From a virus, in IMG/VR virus record IMGVR_UViG_3300045999_013278, positions 1 to 64,000 of that record: a DNA stretch of 64,000 bases; one strand, 5' to 3'. A program made the translations under genes and the position numbers. How positions within the stretch are numbered: the stretch's first letter is position 1; every line of letters begins with the position of its first letter. Of the stretch, positions 37,201-47,029 are shown in pieces. The notes below the pieces were generated by a model. That model was not told the DNA's origin, ran no database searches, and was given only the letters and a program-made list of their open reading frames with translations.

Positions 37201-40200
37201 TGCATAACAATCTGCACCAATTGTCGCGCTGTATTGCCGTACCGATTTTCTGCTTTGGGGAGGTAATTACCTAGCGTAATATCACCATCCCCTACTCCTA
37301 ATGATGCGTTAGGATTCCCCGCAAAAACGGTAGATAAAACTTTTCGGAAGGAGTCTAGCTTTTGCCCTCTACTGTTCTGTTTTAAGTATTTCTGAACAAA
37401 GACTAATTGCTCTTGTGGACTCATTTGAGACAGAGCATCTATGTTTGTACCCAGTCCTCTAGCCGTAGCGGGCATGAACTGAATTAAACCTGTTGCGTTT
37501 GTGCGTTTGTTCCTAGCAGATGGCGAAAGTGTACCACCTGTTTCATACAGCATCGTTTTAAGTAGGTCTTCAGGGTTTGCTCCTACGCTTTGAGCTATTT
37601 TAGCCACGCTTTGCAGGAACTTGGTATCTATACGTGGATCTAGCCCTGGAACAAGCGGAACTGATTGGCGTTGTTTTGTTGGCCGTTGTTGAGGCATCGG
37701 CCAATCTGCTACCCTGTTCAGCCTCTTGTTGTCTTGTGTGGTATCAACAACCTTTTTGGTTGTATCCAATTTAATCCCAGGTACTTTAAAAGTTTTACCT
37801 AACTGGGTAGTTGGGTTTATCCTTTGACCGTTGATCGTTACCTCCCAATGTAAATGCGATCCTGTGCCACGCCCAGTGCTTCCAACTTTACCTATTACAT
37901 CACCTTGTTGTACAACGTCCCCAACCTTTTTAAGTAATTCAGATAAGTGAAAAAAGCGGTTTACAACTTTTTTACCTTCTGCGGTGATGGTTTCAACTTC
38001 GACCATATTGCCCGCACCACCATTCCAACCACCTTTAGATGTGATAACCGTGCCTGTCAGTGGTGCTTTAATTGGTGTTCCTGTAGCGTCTTCAAAATCA
38101 ACACCGTTGTGCATTTTTCTAGTGCCGTCCAATGGGTCTGTACGCATTCCGTACTTAGATGTTACGCGCCCCGGCGTAGGTCTAAGCAAAGTTTGATTAA
38201 CAGTCTGTAAATTATCCAATCCGTAGAACTTTTTGACAGCCCCTAACGGATTACTAACGAACTCTTTAGCACCCTGCTCTAACTGTTGCCCAGCTTTTTC
38301 CCCAAACACCGTGCTAACCGCCGATTGAACACCGCCCGCTAAATTTTGTAACAAGCCTTGTCCGGTAGCCAGGGAAGCTAACCAGTTGGAGGTTTTTATT
38401 CCCATATCAGCGATCGCAGTCCCCACGCGATCAAAGCCGTTCTCAAAAGACTTAACTAAATCTGCAAACTTAGTACCAAGACCTTCTATCCATGAGTTGC
38501 TAGTTTTACTTAAGTCTTTAATACTATCTTCAGCTTTTTTAGTTGCGTCTACAACACTGTTAGATAAGTTATTTATATTCTTATTAATTTCATCAACCGT
38601 CCTGTTTACGTTTTTAAGACTGAGATTAAAGTTATCGGCAATACTAGAATCTATCGGGATAATTTTTCCTGGTAAACTCCGTTGTAGTTCTATAGCTTGT
38701 AGCTGAATATCTTGGACGTTATTCTGGTAGTCAATCCTCTGTTTTCTTGCTTCTAGTTGTTGTTTCTCTATTTCGGTTGTTTGGGAAATTACATTAATAA
38801 TTCCCTCAATAAACTGAGTGTAGATATTGTCCCCAGCACCAATTAAAGCCTCTCTAAGTTTATTCTGTACTTTAGAGTTTTCAAAGGTCTTTTGTGCTTT
38901 CTCAAATTCAATACCCACAGCTTGAGATTCTCGAACGGCTGCGCGATAATAGTCGGTGACTTGCTTTGTTTGTTGGTAGAGGCTTTGGATTAAGTTATAT
39001 TTCTGCTCTGCAATTTGTTGTTGCATATCAACAGTTTGGATTTGCATTTCCTTAACTTTTATAAAGCCACTTAAAATCTCTTTTTCTTTACTTCCATCAA
39101 TACTTCTTTCTTGTGCAGCCTTTAAGGTGTCTATACCGCTTCTTTTATTTAAATTAAGTGTGCCTAAGACTCTATCTAAATCATTAACTTCCAATTGAGC
39201 GGACATCTCTTGGATTTGTTTTAAATTATCGGCAATTTTACCAGTCAGAGTGGCTTGAGTTTTTAAGTTGTTCGTATATTCCAGTTGCCCTGGTAAAACG
39301 TCCCCACTGCTGCCAAGGTTAAATAAATTAGTTTTCTCTAAACTTAATGCTGTATCTCTATATTGTCTTAGATCGTTAAACTTAGCTTCTAAGTTCCTTA
39401 TTTCAATTGCAAATTTTTGCATTTCTGTTAAGGAATTTTTAATAGCCTTAGTCATCTTGTCTTGTTCTTGAATAACTGTAGCTAAATCTTGTTCAGTTAC
39501 CTTAATTATTTTATTAATGTCGTCAATTTCACTTTGGTAAAGTTTGGGATTTTTCTTTAGTTCTTCCCAATACTCCAAATAAGTTTTTAAAGTTTCTACT
39601 TGTTTGTCTAAATTAGCTTTAGTTCCGCCAAACAATTCTAAGGGCTTTTCTCTCACCCCGCTTATTCTCTTTTCCCATTCTTGCAGAGATCTCAACGCTT
39701 CACTATTGCCGGGATCGTTGGCAATAATCGCCCGACGTTCCATTTTAATATTATCCAAAGATTTGTCTAGGAATTGAATGTCTTGGATAGCGTTTTTAAT
39801 AGCGGGAGAGTTACTATCTTTCAAAATATCGAAAGTGTTTTGTTGCCCAATAGTTGTTTGTTTGGCACTATCCTCCATTTGTTTTATTAGTTTTTTTGTA
39901 TCGTTATCAAATGGGTTAAGCGTAAATCCTTCTCTAAATGCTGAAAAGTTATCACGGCTAACTTTAGAGGATGGATTTAATAATTTTCTTTGTTCATTAA
40001 TAGACTGAGTAACGTTTCTAGTCTGTTCGCCAATTGCGCCGCTGCTATCCTTGAAATTCATCATTGTTTCATCAATAGCTTTCATCGCCATTGATAAAAC
40101 AAACATCTGAGCGGCTAAAGTTGCAATACTTTGACTCATTCCCAGCAATGCACCCTTAGCCCCTCCCGCAGAGAATAAAATTCCTTTTAAATACGTCGCA

Positions 40201-43200
40201 AACATTAACCAAACAGGACTTCCTAATTTAATTAAGGTAATCAGTAAGACACTTTTTAAGAGTTGGAGATTCTTAGTTACTAAATCTATACCAGACGCAA
40301 AAACACTTAAAGAAAAGTTTCTGAAAGGCAGTAAAGTTTTACCAATACTTTCCTGTAACTCAATTAAGGAATTATTGAATTTATTAGTTATCGCCACTGA
40401 AGAATTAACGGCATCTCCTACACCTGATGAAGTTTGCGCTTTTAATTGTTGAGCAAATTTTGGCAAAAAGTCCTCAGCTAAAACCCTGCCTGTACTTAAT
40501 AATTGGTTCATGGACTGGGTGGTTGTTCCGTAAGCATTTGCGGCGATTTGCGAAGCGTTGGGGATTGCTTCAGCGAGTTGTTGTCTTAATTCTTCTTGAG
40601 ATACAACCGTTTTTCCAGACATTTGCTCAAGCGCGGTAAAAGTCCTTTGCTGCTTGTCTAAATCTAAACCATAGACAGCCGAAGCTTGAGTGACTGCGCT
40701 AACGATCTGGCGAGATTGATAGCCTTCTATGGGAGTATCCTTAGTTGCCTGGAAGAATTTACTGCCACTTTCTAAAGTTTGGCTTAAGTCAACGTTGAGT
40801 CTTTTTGCTTCCGATCTTAAAAATGCAATATTTTTAGCACCCTCTGAAATGCTTCCAGAAGTGAACTTAATCCGTCTCTCTAAATTCTCAAAGTTAGCAG
40901 CGACTTCTATGCTTGCGGGAGCTAAATCTAAGATAATTTTCCCTACGGCCAACAAAGCTAGGACTTTAACAACATTACCTATAGAAGATTTAACAAAGTC
41001 CATCATCTCGCCAAATTTCTGGACTTTACTCATTCCCTCTACAAAACTATCAAAAGCCACCTTAGCCTGGATGAACCCTTCCTTAATTTTTTCTGGCATC
41101 TTAAGGAAATCTACAAATAATTCCTTAGCTGCAACAATACCGTTAGCTAACCCCTCGCCTAATGCTGCCGATACGTTAGGATTGGCGATTTCCTTAAGGA
41201 AATCTAAATAACCCTTAAATCTTTCCTTAGCTTCCTTAAATCCTGGGATACTTCCTAATCCTTTACTAAAGCCTCGGCTTAATCTTTCTTTATCTTTTTC
41301 TACGTCAGATGTAATTGTGCCATTTTCTACAGATTCTTTAATTCTGTTTATTTGTCTAATGAGCGATGGAATTATGCCATTGTTACCACCTTCTAAGAAT
41401 TGCAGACCCTTAGTGAAACCTTCACCTACGTATTTGCCCAACATTATGCCAAGTCTTACAAATGACTGGGAATTTTTCTTTACGCCATTTTCTATCGTAG
41501 ATTGTGGAACTTGGGGAATACCATTTGGTAGGAATGGGGGTAGTTGAGGGTTCACACCTCCGACGGTCGTGTTTGGAATCTTAAAAGATATAGAAGGTTG
41601 TGGAACTTGGGGAATTGGCGGTACGTAAGAATTTGGTAGGATTAGGTGACGTGAAGGATTTTGATTACTATTGGGAAGAATCAATGATTGATAAGAAGGC
41701 TGTGGAATATTTTTAGGAAGAATTGAATTGTATCCTCCTTGCGCCCATCCCATTCTGCCAGATGCAGCTAAAGTAGTTAGTGGGTTTGGCGAACTCCAGC
41801 CCCTTCCTCTTGGAAGAATTAGAGAAAAGTTAGTTACCGCATTTCCTGCACTTAAAAGCACATTTTTAAATGACTCTTGCGCTTCTGTTAACCGTACTAC
41901 ATGAGGCTGTTTTTCAGGAGGCAGTATTAGAGGCAGACCGCTTCCGGATCTTTGTCCTGGGAGTATTAAGTTATTGCCATTGTTAGAGTTGTTGTTATTA
42001 GGGAGAATTAATCCTTGGTAGGGTTTAAGAGGATTTGCCAACGGAATAGAACCGCTATATGGATTTAGCTGACTAGATGATGTAATTATTGGCGAAACGT
42101 TATTTTGTTTTTTATATTTAGCGTAGCTATCTGGAAGGATTACGGGAGACAGCCCCAAAGACCTATTTATCTCATCCGTAGAAACTACAGAAGATAAATT
42201 TTTAGAGATTTGTTTAGCAAAAGTTTTCCTTAACTCTTCTGTAGAAATGTTAGGGTTGTATAGTTTAGAGAACTCACCCGTTGGTGCTGAAAATACGCTA
42301 GTCGTTCGGGGAGAATTTAATCTTGTTGAGTCAACGCCAGAAGAAGGTTGGAGTAGTCCATTAATAGGAAGATTTGCTAAACTGCCTTTATTTATGTGCG
42401 GAAGTTTATTATATCCTGACGGTAAAACTAATCCGTTTTCTGCGCCTTTCCTTATCTCATCTACCCTTGAGGTAATTATTTTCTTAGCGTTATTTAAGGA
42501 TTCGTCCGCACCCACCCCCATAGCATTGCCTATATTTTGACCAGTTCTAATAGCCCATCTTGAGGGTGATTTAATTTCTAATTTTTCTTCTACTGTATCT
42601 ATTACTGTCTCTGCTAATTTTTCAGAAGATGTACGTAAATCACCTATGCTATTTTCTACACCTTTACTTACGCCCGCTCCTATATTTTCGCCAATTCTAA
42701 CTCCTCCATGCAACGCACTTATTCTCGCTGCTTTATTTTGAACAGAAGTTATTTGTGATAAAGAATTGCTTAGTTGTGAACTCTCTCTGCTTTTTGCAAA
42801 ATTAGGATCTATTCCTGCACTATTTCTTAATTTTGTTATATCAGCTTTGGCTTTATCTCCATACTGCTTAATCGCCGCAGATAACTCAATAACTGGAGCG
42901 AAGTTACCAGTTGTTTCTGCATCTTTTAACAGGGATCTTAGTTTAGCGAAATTAGCATTAAATTTAGCGGCTAATTCTTGCGCTGATTTTACCGCAAGCT
43001 TGGCTTTTTCTGACACCTCAATATCTTTACCGGATGTAGATTGAGTAACTGGGTTAACTCTAGTTACTTGATATCCGTTGGGGGTTGCGCTTACGGATGT
43101 AGATTGAGTAACTGGGTTAACTTTAATTACTTGATATCCCTTGGGGATTGTGCTTACTGGAGTTGGAGTATAAGATTTTTCAACAGTATAAGTTGGTAAA

Positions 43201-46200
43201 ATGGCCGTTGGTTTAAATTGTGGTAAATCCCCAACAGTTTCTTGCAGTAACGATTTGCCCGAATAACCTATCGGTATTTCTTTAGCAGGATTTAGCGGTA
43301 TAAGTAACGAAGGATCTATTTGCCTAGCTTCGGGTATGGGCAGGGCTTTTTTGTACCCTTTCTTTATACTGTTCCTTATTTTGTTAGCATCTAATATTCC
43401 CCACAATGAAATGTCTATTAAAGCTCTTTGAATAGTTGTCGCCTCATCCTCAGCTTTCTGCTTGGCAGAGGGCATAGTTGTGGACATACCTAAATCAATT
43501 GCTGATATTTTCCCAGGATCTACTTTGTTTGTTACTGGATCGATTTTATAGTCTTTAAAAAATACATTGGCGGAAGCTAGATCGTTATGAACAACACCCA
43601 TGTCTTGCATAGCCCTACCCAAACTTCCGACATAACGATAGAACTGTGAAAATATTTCATTAAATTGCTTTATATCCTTTCGGATTTGTCTGTCTAATAA
43701 TTTGTTGGCGTTTTCTAAATCCTCTATAGCTTTTTTTATTTCTTTCCTTCTCTCAGGGTTTTTTTCGTTTTCTAATTCATTTTCTAATTTCGCTATCCTT
43801 GGTTTTGTCTCTTTCTTTAACTTTGCTTGTTCTTCTTTCGAGGCTCTTATGGGTGCTGCATAGTCCTCCATAATTTTCTTCAAGTCCCTCCCTTCTATTT
43901 TTTCTACAATCATAGATTCTTTTTCGTTCGCCGCATAAAGTAACGGGGCGTATCTGCCCTGTAGTCTTTCATAAGCTTTAACTTCCTGTTTTGATGCTAT
44001 TTTTTTTGCACCTTCAGGATCTAAATCAGTTTTGTAAACCAATTTATCGGTTATCAAAGCCATAGCTCCAGACCATCCATGACCTACAGCTTTAATTTCT
44101 TTAGCGTCCGGCATCATCGGAGCTATAGTTTTAAGCATTTTATTAAACCCTAAAATTGACGCTGGGTGTTCTCTCATAGCATCCGAAATCGGTAGTTTTT
44201 TTAAGTTTAAATTTTCTTCAAAGTATTCCGATAAATTGCGAAACTCAGGACTTTGCTCAGAAGCATACTTTGGTATTTTTTCTGACCCTGGAATTGTCGG
44301 TAAATACTCAATTTTATCTAAAAAGTCAGGCGATATATTTCCTTTGGTTTTAATAAATTCTTCTTGTAACGACAGAATTACTTTAAATCCTTGAACGATT
44401 TTTTTTCCGTACTCTTCAAACTGTTTTTGTGATTCAAACCAAGGAATTGTTGCTATAGACAAATCTCGCTTGCGTTCCGCAACTTTGCCAACGTTCAGTC
44501 CGCCAGCCCACCAACCCTTATCAGGGATTGCTTTATTTTCTTTAAAAGTTTGAATAGACTCATTAATGCCACTAACTTCATCCACATACCTCATAAATCC
44601 GGGATCGGTAACATTATCCGGGAACTTAATCTTTTCCATAACGTCGGTTTTGAGATTTTCGGTAGGCAAATAATCAATCTTGTCTAAAAATTTTGGCGAT
44701 ATATTGCCGTGAGTTCTAACAAACTCTTCTTGCAGTTTTGCAACAATTTCAAGCCCTTTAATTATTTCTCTTCCGTATTCCTCGAACTGTTTTTGTGATT
44801 TAAACCAAGGGATAGTTTTTTGTGAAAGTTCTTGGTTTCTTGCAGCAACATCTTCTCTTTTCAAACCACCTGCGAAGTAAGCTCCTGGTACAACCGTTCT
44901 AGTTTTAAAAGATTCAATAGATTGATTGATAATCGATGCCTCTTGTTTATATCTTTGATATCCAGGATGAGATTCATCATTGGGCAAATCTTTCAATTGC
45001 CCTGTAGGACGTTCTGTTTTTTCTGCATTTGATAGCATTAATGTGCCAGCGTCCACAGCCTGACCTCGAAGTATGGTTGCCATTGATCTCACCTGTTCCG
45101 GCATCCGTTCGTTGGATAATTGTCCAAAAAGGTATTTAGAATCAAATAAGTTTTTTATTACACCTTGACTGTATTGCCCCTTAGAGGCTAAATCCTTAGC
45201 GTGCATCGTAGAAATGACTACTTGGTGAACCTGCAACATGAGTCTTTGCAAGTCAGACATAGTATCTCTTGATGTCTTGTCTGTAGGTAAACTACTACCT
45301 ACAGTGTCATTAAATTTTTCGACAAAACCAGGAGATCGAAATAAGTGATGTGTCGCATGAACGTTTGCCCCTGACGATCTTAGACCTGAATCATCAAGGA
45401 TGTTCATTGCACTGCTCGGATTATAAACACCTATTTTAAACGGGAAAGTTAAGGGATCTTTTTCTAAAATTGCAGATGCAAAACCTTTAGGTGTTGCATT
45501 TGATAAATTTGAAAAAGGATAAGCCATAGCTAGTGCTTTTGTCTTAGTCCCTTCATACTCCGCCGCTTTTGCATACCTGTAAGCACTTGCGCCACCAAGA
45601 GAGAAGCTGATAGCCGAAGCGTCGTTTCCTTGTTCTCTAGCCAGCCTTGTGTGAGCTAAAGCTTGAGCGGCGGCTACGTCCGATCCTAGAGGATTTAGCG
45701 AATAGGCGATCTGTCTTACCGCATTCTTTATAGTTGGAGATAACGATCCCATCCCAGGGAGAAGTTTTTTTATTAATACGTCATCAGTCCACTTATCTAT
45801 TTCAGCAGTCCTTTTGCTAACATCTGTGTCCAAATTTTCCACTGGTAACAATTTTATATTCTTCCCAACAATAGGTTCTAAGGAAGTAGCGAGTGCGCGG
45901 CCACCCTGTCCGAACTTATCCTCAGCACCCCCGATTACAGAAACCACCTTTTGTCCAGGCTCTAGTATAGGGAAGGTTGCTTTTCTTGCTTGGTAGTGAG
46001 ATTCGGACAGCTTGCTTGTATGATAGGACTGCATCCCCTGTATAAAATTAAGAATTGGTTGAACTTCTTTCATCAAAGGGAGAATAACTTTGTTCGACAA
46101 GTCAGTGGGTTGAGCTTCTTTTATGATTGTCGGAATAAATCTCCTCTTGTGTTCATCCAACGACAAGCTTGATTTTTTGGAAGAAATTGTTTCAAACTTT

Positions 46201-47024
46201 TTCTTTAATTCAGGCTCTTCGGACAAAATTCGGTCAACAGCTTCAATAGAGGATGGAGTGTTTTTATTAGATTTATACTCTTCCTCAAGATTTGCGATTA
46301 CTTGTAAATCTCCTAGCCTATTAAGCTGTTTTTGCATTTTAGTTCTTTTTCCGGCAGCAAATTTAGCTTTATCGAAACTACCGCTACTGATTAATTCTGC
46401 AAAAAAAGTTTCATAGACCTGGGACTTTCCTATAATTTCTTCATCAACTAGCCTAAATCCATCTTGAATTTTTTTAGCAAACTGTTTTGTACTTTTCCCT
46501 GTTAATTTAATAGACATCGATCTACCGATTTCTTCAGTAAATCCAACTGCAATATTATCAATACCTTTACCTATGGCATCAGCTACTTTTCCTACAGCCC
46601 TAAACGGCGACATGGCTATATTCGCAGCCATATTCACAGGTGACATAATTACACCCTTTACGACATCTCCTACAGTATTGTTTTTATTTCCACTGCCGTT
46701 ATTGTTAACGCTAACATTAGCTGTAACCTTTCTTTGCCCTAATTTATCTAATTCCTTATTTAAGTTAGTTAATTCCCCGTCATCAACAAAAACTTTTAAA
46801 GGATTGTTTTTAAAATAAGTTTGTGTTTGCTTAAAGTGAGTTACCTTTAAGTCAAAATGTTTATTAAGGTTTTTTAGCGAGTCATCATTAACGCCTATGG
46901 TTAAATTAAGATCTTTCTCTAGAAATTGAGCTTGTTTAATAGCCTCGACCCTAGCCTTTTTTATATCTTCCATTAGCTTGGAGTAATCACCAACTAACTC
47001 AACAACTAATTGTGGTAATTCCAT
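34257..47024 (-). CDS. Giant multidomain tape measure protein
   Basis: Downstream of tail chaperone; tape-measure motif VSQEELRQQLAEAIP; LEIKSPSR; C-terminal FAKGG..NEGERVL; embedded hydrolase, kinase, M23 and SLT motifs. Confidence 0.9.
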   Translation of the reverse strand: MELPQLVVELVGDYSKLMEDIKKARVEAIKQAQFLEKDLNLTIGVNDDSLKNLNKHFDLKVTHFKQTQTYFKNNPLKVFVDDGELTNLNKELDKLGQRKVTANVSVNNNGSGNKNNTVGDVVKGVIMSPVNMAANIAMSPFRAVGKVADAIGKGIDNIAVGFTEEIGRSMSIKLTGKSTKQFAKKIQDGFRLVDEEIIGKSQVYETFFAELISSGSFDKAKFAAGKRTKMQKQLNRLGDLQVIANLEEEYKSNKNTPSSIEAVDRILSEEPELKKKFETISSKKSSLSLDEHKRRFIPTIIKEAQPTDLSNKVILPLMKEVQPILNFIQGMQSYHTSKLSESHYQARKATFPILEPGQKVVSVIGGAEDKFGQGGRALATSLEPIVGKNIKLLPVENLDTDVSKRTAEIDKWTDDVLIKKLLPGMGSLSPTIKNAVRQIAYSLNPLGSDVAAAQALAHTRLAREQGNDASAISFSLGGASAYRYAKAAEYEGTKTKALAMAYPFSNLSNATPKGFASAILEKDPLTFPFKIGVYNPSSAMNILDDSGLRSSGANVHATHHLFRSPGFVEKFNDTVGSSLPTDKTSRDTMSDLQRLMLQVHQVVISTMHAKDLASKGQYSQGVIKNLFDSKYLFGQLSNERMPEQVRSMATILRGQAVDAGTLMLSNAEKTERPTGQLKDLPNDESHPGYQRYKQEASIINQSIESFKTRTVVPGAYFAGGLKREDVAARNQELSQKTIPWFKSQKQFEEYGREIIKGLEIVAKLQEEFVRTHGNISPKFLDKIDYLPTENLKTDVMEKIKFPDNVTDPGFMRYVDEVSGINESIQTFKENKAIPDKGWWAGGLNVGKVAERKRDLSIATIPWFESQKQFEEYGKKIVQGFKVILSLQEEFIKTKGNISPDFLDKIEYLPTIPGSEKIPKYASEQSPEFRNLSEYFEENLNLKKLPISDAMREHPASILGFNKMLKTIAPMMPDAKEIKAVGHGWSGAMALITDKLVYKTDLDPEGAKKIASKQEVKAYERLQGRYAPLLYAANEKESMIVEKIEGRDLKKIMEDYAAPIRASKEEQAKLKKETKPRIAKLENELENEKNPERRKEIKKAIEDLENANKLLDRQIRKDIKQFNEIFSQFYRYVGSLGRAMQDMGVVHNDLASANVFFKDYKIDPVTNKVDPGKISAIDLGMSTTMPSAKQKAEDEATTIQRALIDISLWGILDANKIRNSIKKGYKKALPIPEARQIDPSLLIPLNPAKEIPIGYSGKSLLQETVGDLPQFKPTAILPTYTVEKSYTPTPVSTIPKGYQVIKVNPVTQSTSVSATPNGYQVTRVNPVTQSTSGKDIEVSEKAKLAVKSAQELAAKFNANFAKLRSLLKDAETTGNFAPVIELSAAIKQYGDKAKADITKLRNSAGIDPNFAKSRESSQLSNSLSQITSVQNKAARISALHGGVRIGENIGAGVSKGVENSIGDLRTSSEKLAETVIDTVEEKLEIKSPSRWAIRTGQNIGNAMGVGADESLNNAKKIITSRVDEIRKGAENGLVLPSGYNKLPHINKGSLANLPINGLLQPSSGVDSTRLNSPRTTSVFSAPTGEFSKLYNPNISTEELRKTFAKQISKNLSSVVSTDEINRSLGLSPVILPDSYAKYKKQNNVSPIITSSSQLNPYSGSIPLANPLKPYQGLILPNNNNSNNGNNLILPGQRSGSGLPLILPPEKQPHVVRLTEAQESFKNVLLSAGNAVTNFSLILPRGRGWSSPNPLTTLAASGRMGWAQGGYNSILPKNIPQPSYQSLILPNSNQNPSRHLILPNSYVPPIPQVPQPSISFKIPNTTVGGVNPQLPPFLPNGIPQVPQSTIENGVKKNSQSFVRLGIMLGKYVGEGFTKGLQFLEGGNNGIIPSLIRQINRIKESVENGTITSDVEKDKERLSRGFSKGLGSIPGFKEAKERFKGYLDFLKEIANPNVSAALGEGLANGIVAAKELFVDFLKMPEKIKEGFIQAKVAFDSFVEGMSKVQKFGEMMDFVKSSIGNVVKVLALLAVGKIILDLAPASIEVAANFENLERRIKFTSGSISEGAKNIAFLRSEAKRLNVDLSQTLESGSKFFQATKDTPIEGYQSRQIVSAVTQASAVYGLDLDKQQRTFTALEQMSGKTVVSQEELRQQLAEAIPNASQIAANAYGTTTQSMNQLLSTGRVLAEDFLPKFAQQLKAQTSSGVGDAVNSSVAITNKFNNSLIELQESIGKTLLPFRNFSLSVFASGIDLVTKNLQLLKSVLLITLIKLGSPVWLMFATYLKGILFSAGGAKGALLGMSQSIATLAAQMFVLSMAMKAIDETMMNFKDSSGAIGEQTRNVTQSINEQRKLLNPSSKVSRDNFSAFREGFTLNPFDNDTKKLIKQMEDSAKQTTIGQQNTFDILKDSNSPAIKNAIQDIQFLDKSLDNIKMERRAIIANDPGNSEALRSLQEWEKRISGVREKPLELFGGTKANLDKQVETLKTYLEYWEELKKNPKLYQSEIDDINKIIKVTEQDLATVIQEQDKMTKAIKNSLTEMQKFAIEIRNLEAKFNDLRQYRDTALSLEKTNLFNLGSSGDVLPGQLEYTNNLKTQATLTGKIADNLKQIQEMSAQLEVNDLDRVLGTLNLNKRSGIDTLKAAQERSIDGSKEKEILSGFIKVKEMQIQTVDMQQQIAEQKYNLIQSLYQQTKQVTDYYRAAVRESQAVGIEFEKAQKTFENSKVQNKLREALIGAGDNIYTQFIEGIINVISQTTEIEKQQLEARKQRIDYQNNVQDIQLQAIELQRSLPGKIIPIDSSIADNFNLSLKNVNRTVDEINKNINNLSNSVVDATKKAEDSIKDLSKTSNSWIEGLGTKFADLVKSFENGFDRVGTAIADMGIKTSNWLASLATGQGLLQNLAGGVQSAVSTVFGEKAGQQLEQGAKEFVSNPLGAVKKFYGLDNLQTVNQTLLRPTPGRVTSKYGMRTDPLDGTRKMHNGVDFEDATGTPIKAPLTGTVITSKGGWNGGAGNMVEVETITAEGKKVVNRFFHLSELLKKVGDVVQQGDVIGKVGSTGRGTGSHLHWEVTINGQRINPTTQLGKTFKVPGIKLDTTKKVVDTTQDNKRLNRVADWPMPQQRPTKQRQSVPLVPGLDPRIDTKFLQSVAKIAQSVGANPEDLLKTMLYETGGTLSPSARNKRTNATGLIQFMPATARGLGTNIDALSQMSPQEQLVFVQKYLKQNSRGQKLDSFRKVLSTVFAGNPNASLGVGDGDITLGNYLPKAENRYGNTARQLVQIVMQGGSIQPNQMQEVVTQASRLKLNTAAQQYQTNQTNSNLNPEQIRENELKQRLEAYRLIMSSQKTAIGDISSTKDSTLGTRITVLKGLSPTMSNADMFSLQFNELRRKLEKDVELLEQIVRETDGAIAQKPDLQAAFNLAMKRFPNDPRLAAAAIQTNDLSFKATAFKNAEAKNSLKFLKSNIDSILKASMKDFDKKEFFRLSEQDISQQSKVIEQLQQQLQLVQKLEEIDPLNPLVLKIPSLQRNISLLELTRDQYQQLLDLQRRYYDGGGKGGNMSEAAFQKEFKAILNVNSVKREGVDLNFNYADTVKRIKQANDELTKSQTIQASQMKSLQLDNERFAIDNKDGMVSLVSLTNELTIKTNELTNAYKKQLLEIQGNALLSPQEKLIERQKAFRNYGKEKSNLDAENSYQTKLAPITNRGIELTKSQTIQASQMKSLQLDNERFAIDNKDGMVSLVSLTNELTIKTNELTNAYKKQLLEIQGNALLSPQEKLIERLKAFRNYGKEKSNLDAENSYQTKLAPITNRGIELGRMEKLNSSGSAISSEIIRGRGLFGVRDKELQKAQLLSQIKMDFEKEKNEIAKLGLSSNYSAEEISVLSENLLKLNELKLDNVAKEFNMFTEAISGIKGDFDNILKGFFMNDSVNKNAGDLQDINKSLDEIAKKRRDIIMNTSGNIQEVRNAYQNSGNNKQLKELDRAQRDLEKKKTELSKRSIVDAFSEIAKSILSNLAAVASKELSNQLFGKLTEIIFGNKAKDVGAIALNNAGANLSVSATMLQQAALVLQNIMGAGSKDGGVLDSIFGAFGESSFGILEGSSAIPFSSSGAFDFSDGFSLGGLDGGLDFGSATLPSFAKGGMVGDLLNKERAISGFNPRLIIANEGERVLTPKETKLWNQLNSSNKLESFSSGGMIGEGLGNINNVGRSGDTINITPNVNINNSEGGNGNINKALFEKALEAKIQETIKQERRPGGSLNRGGLYDR
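35613..36251. repeat. Near-perfect 318-bp in-frame tandem duplication
   Basis: ttcaatgcctctatttgtaatcgg starts at 35613 and 35931; about 2 mismatches seen. Confidence 0.92.
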
Positions 47025-47029
47025 ATAAT

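Noticed and set aside
34312-46818. Many plus-strand ORFs inside the tape measure gene (similar antisense ORFs in dnaE, rep, nrdJ)
   Set aside because: Antisense shadows of long genes; Ser/Leu/Phe-rich with no recognisable motifs.
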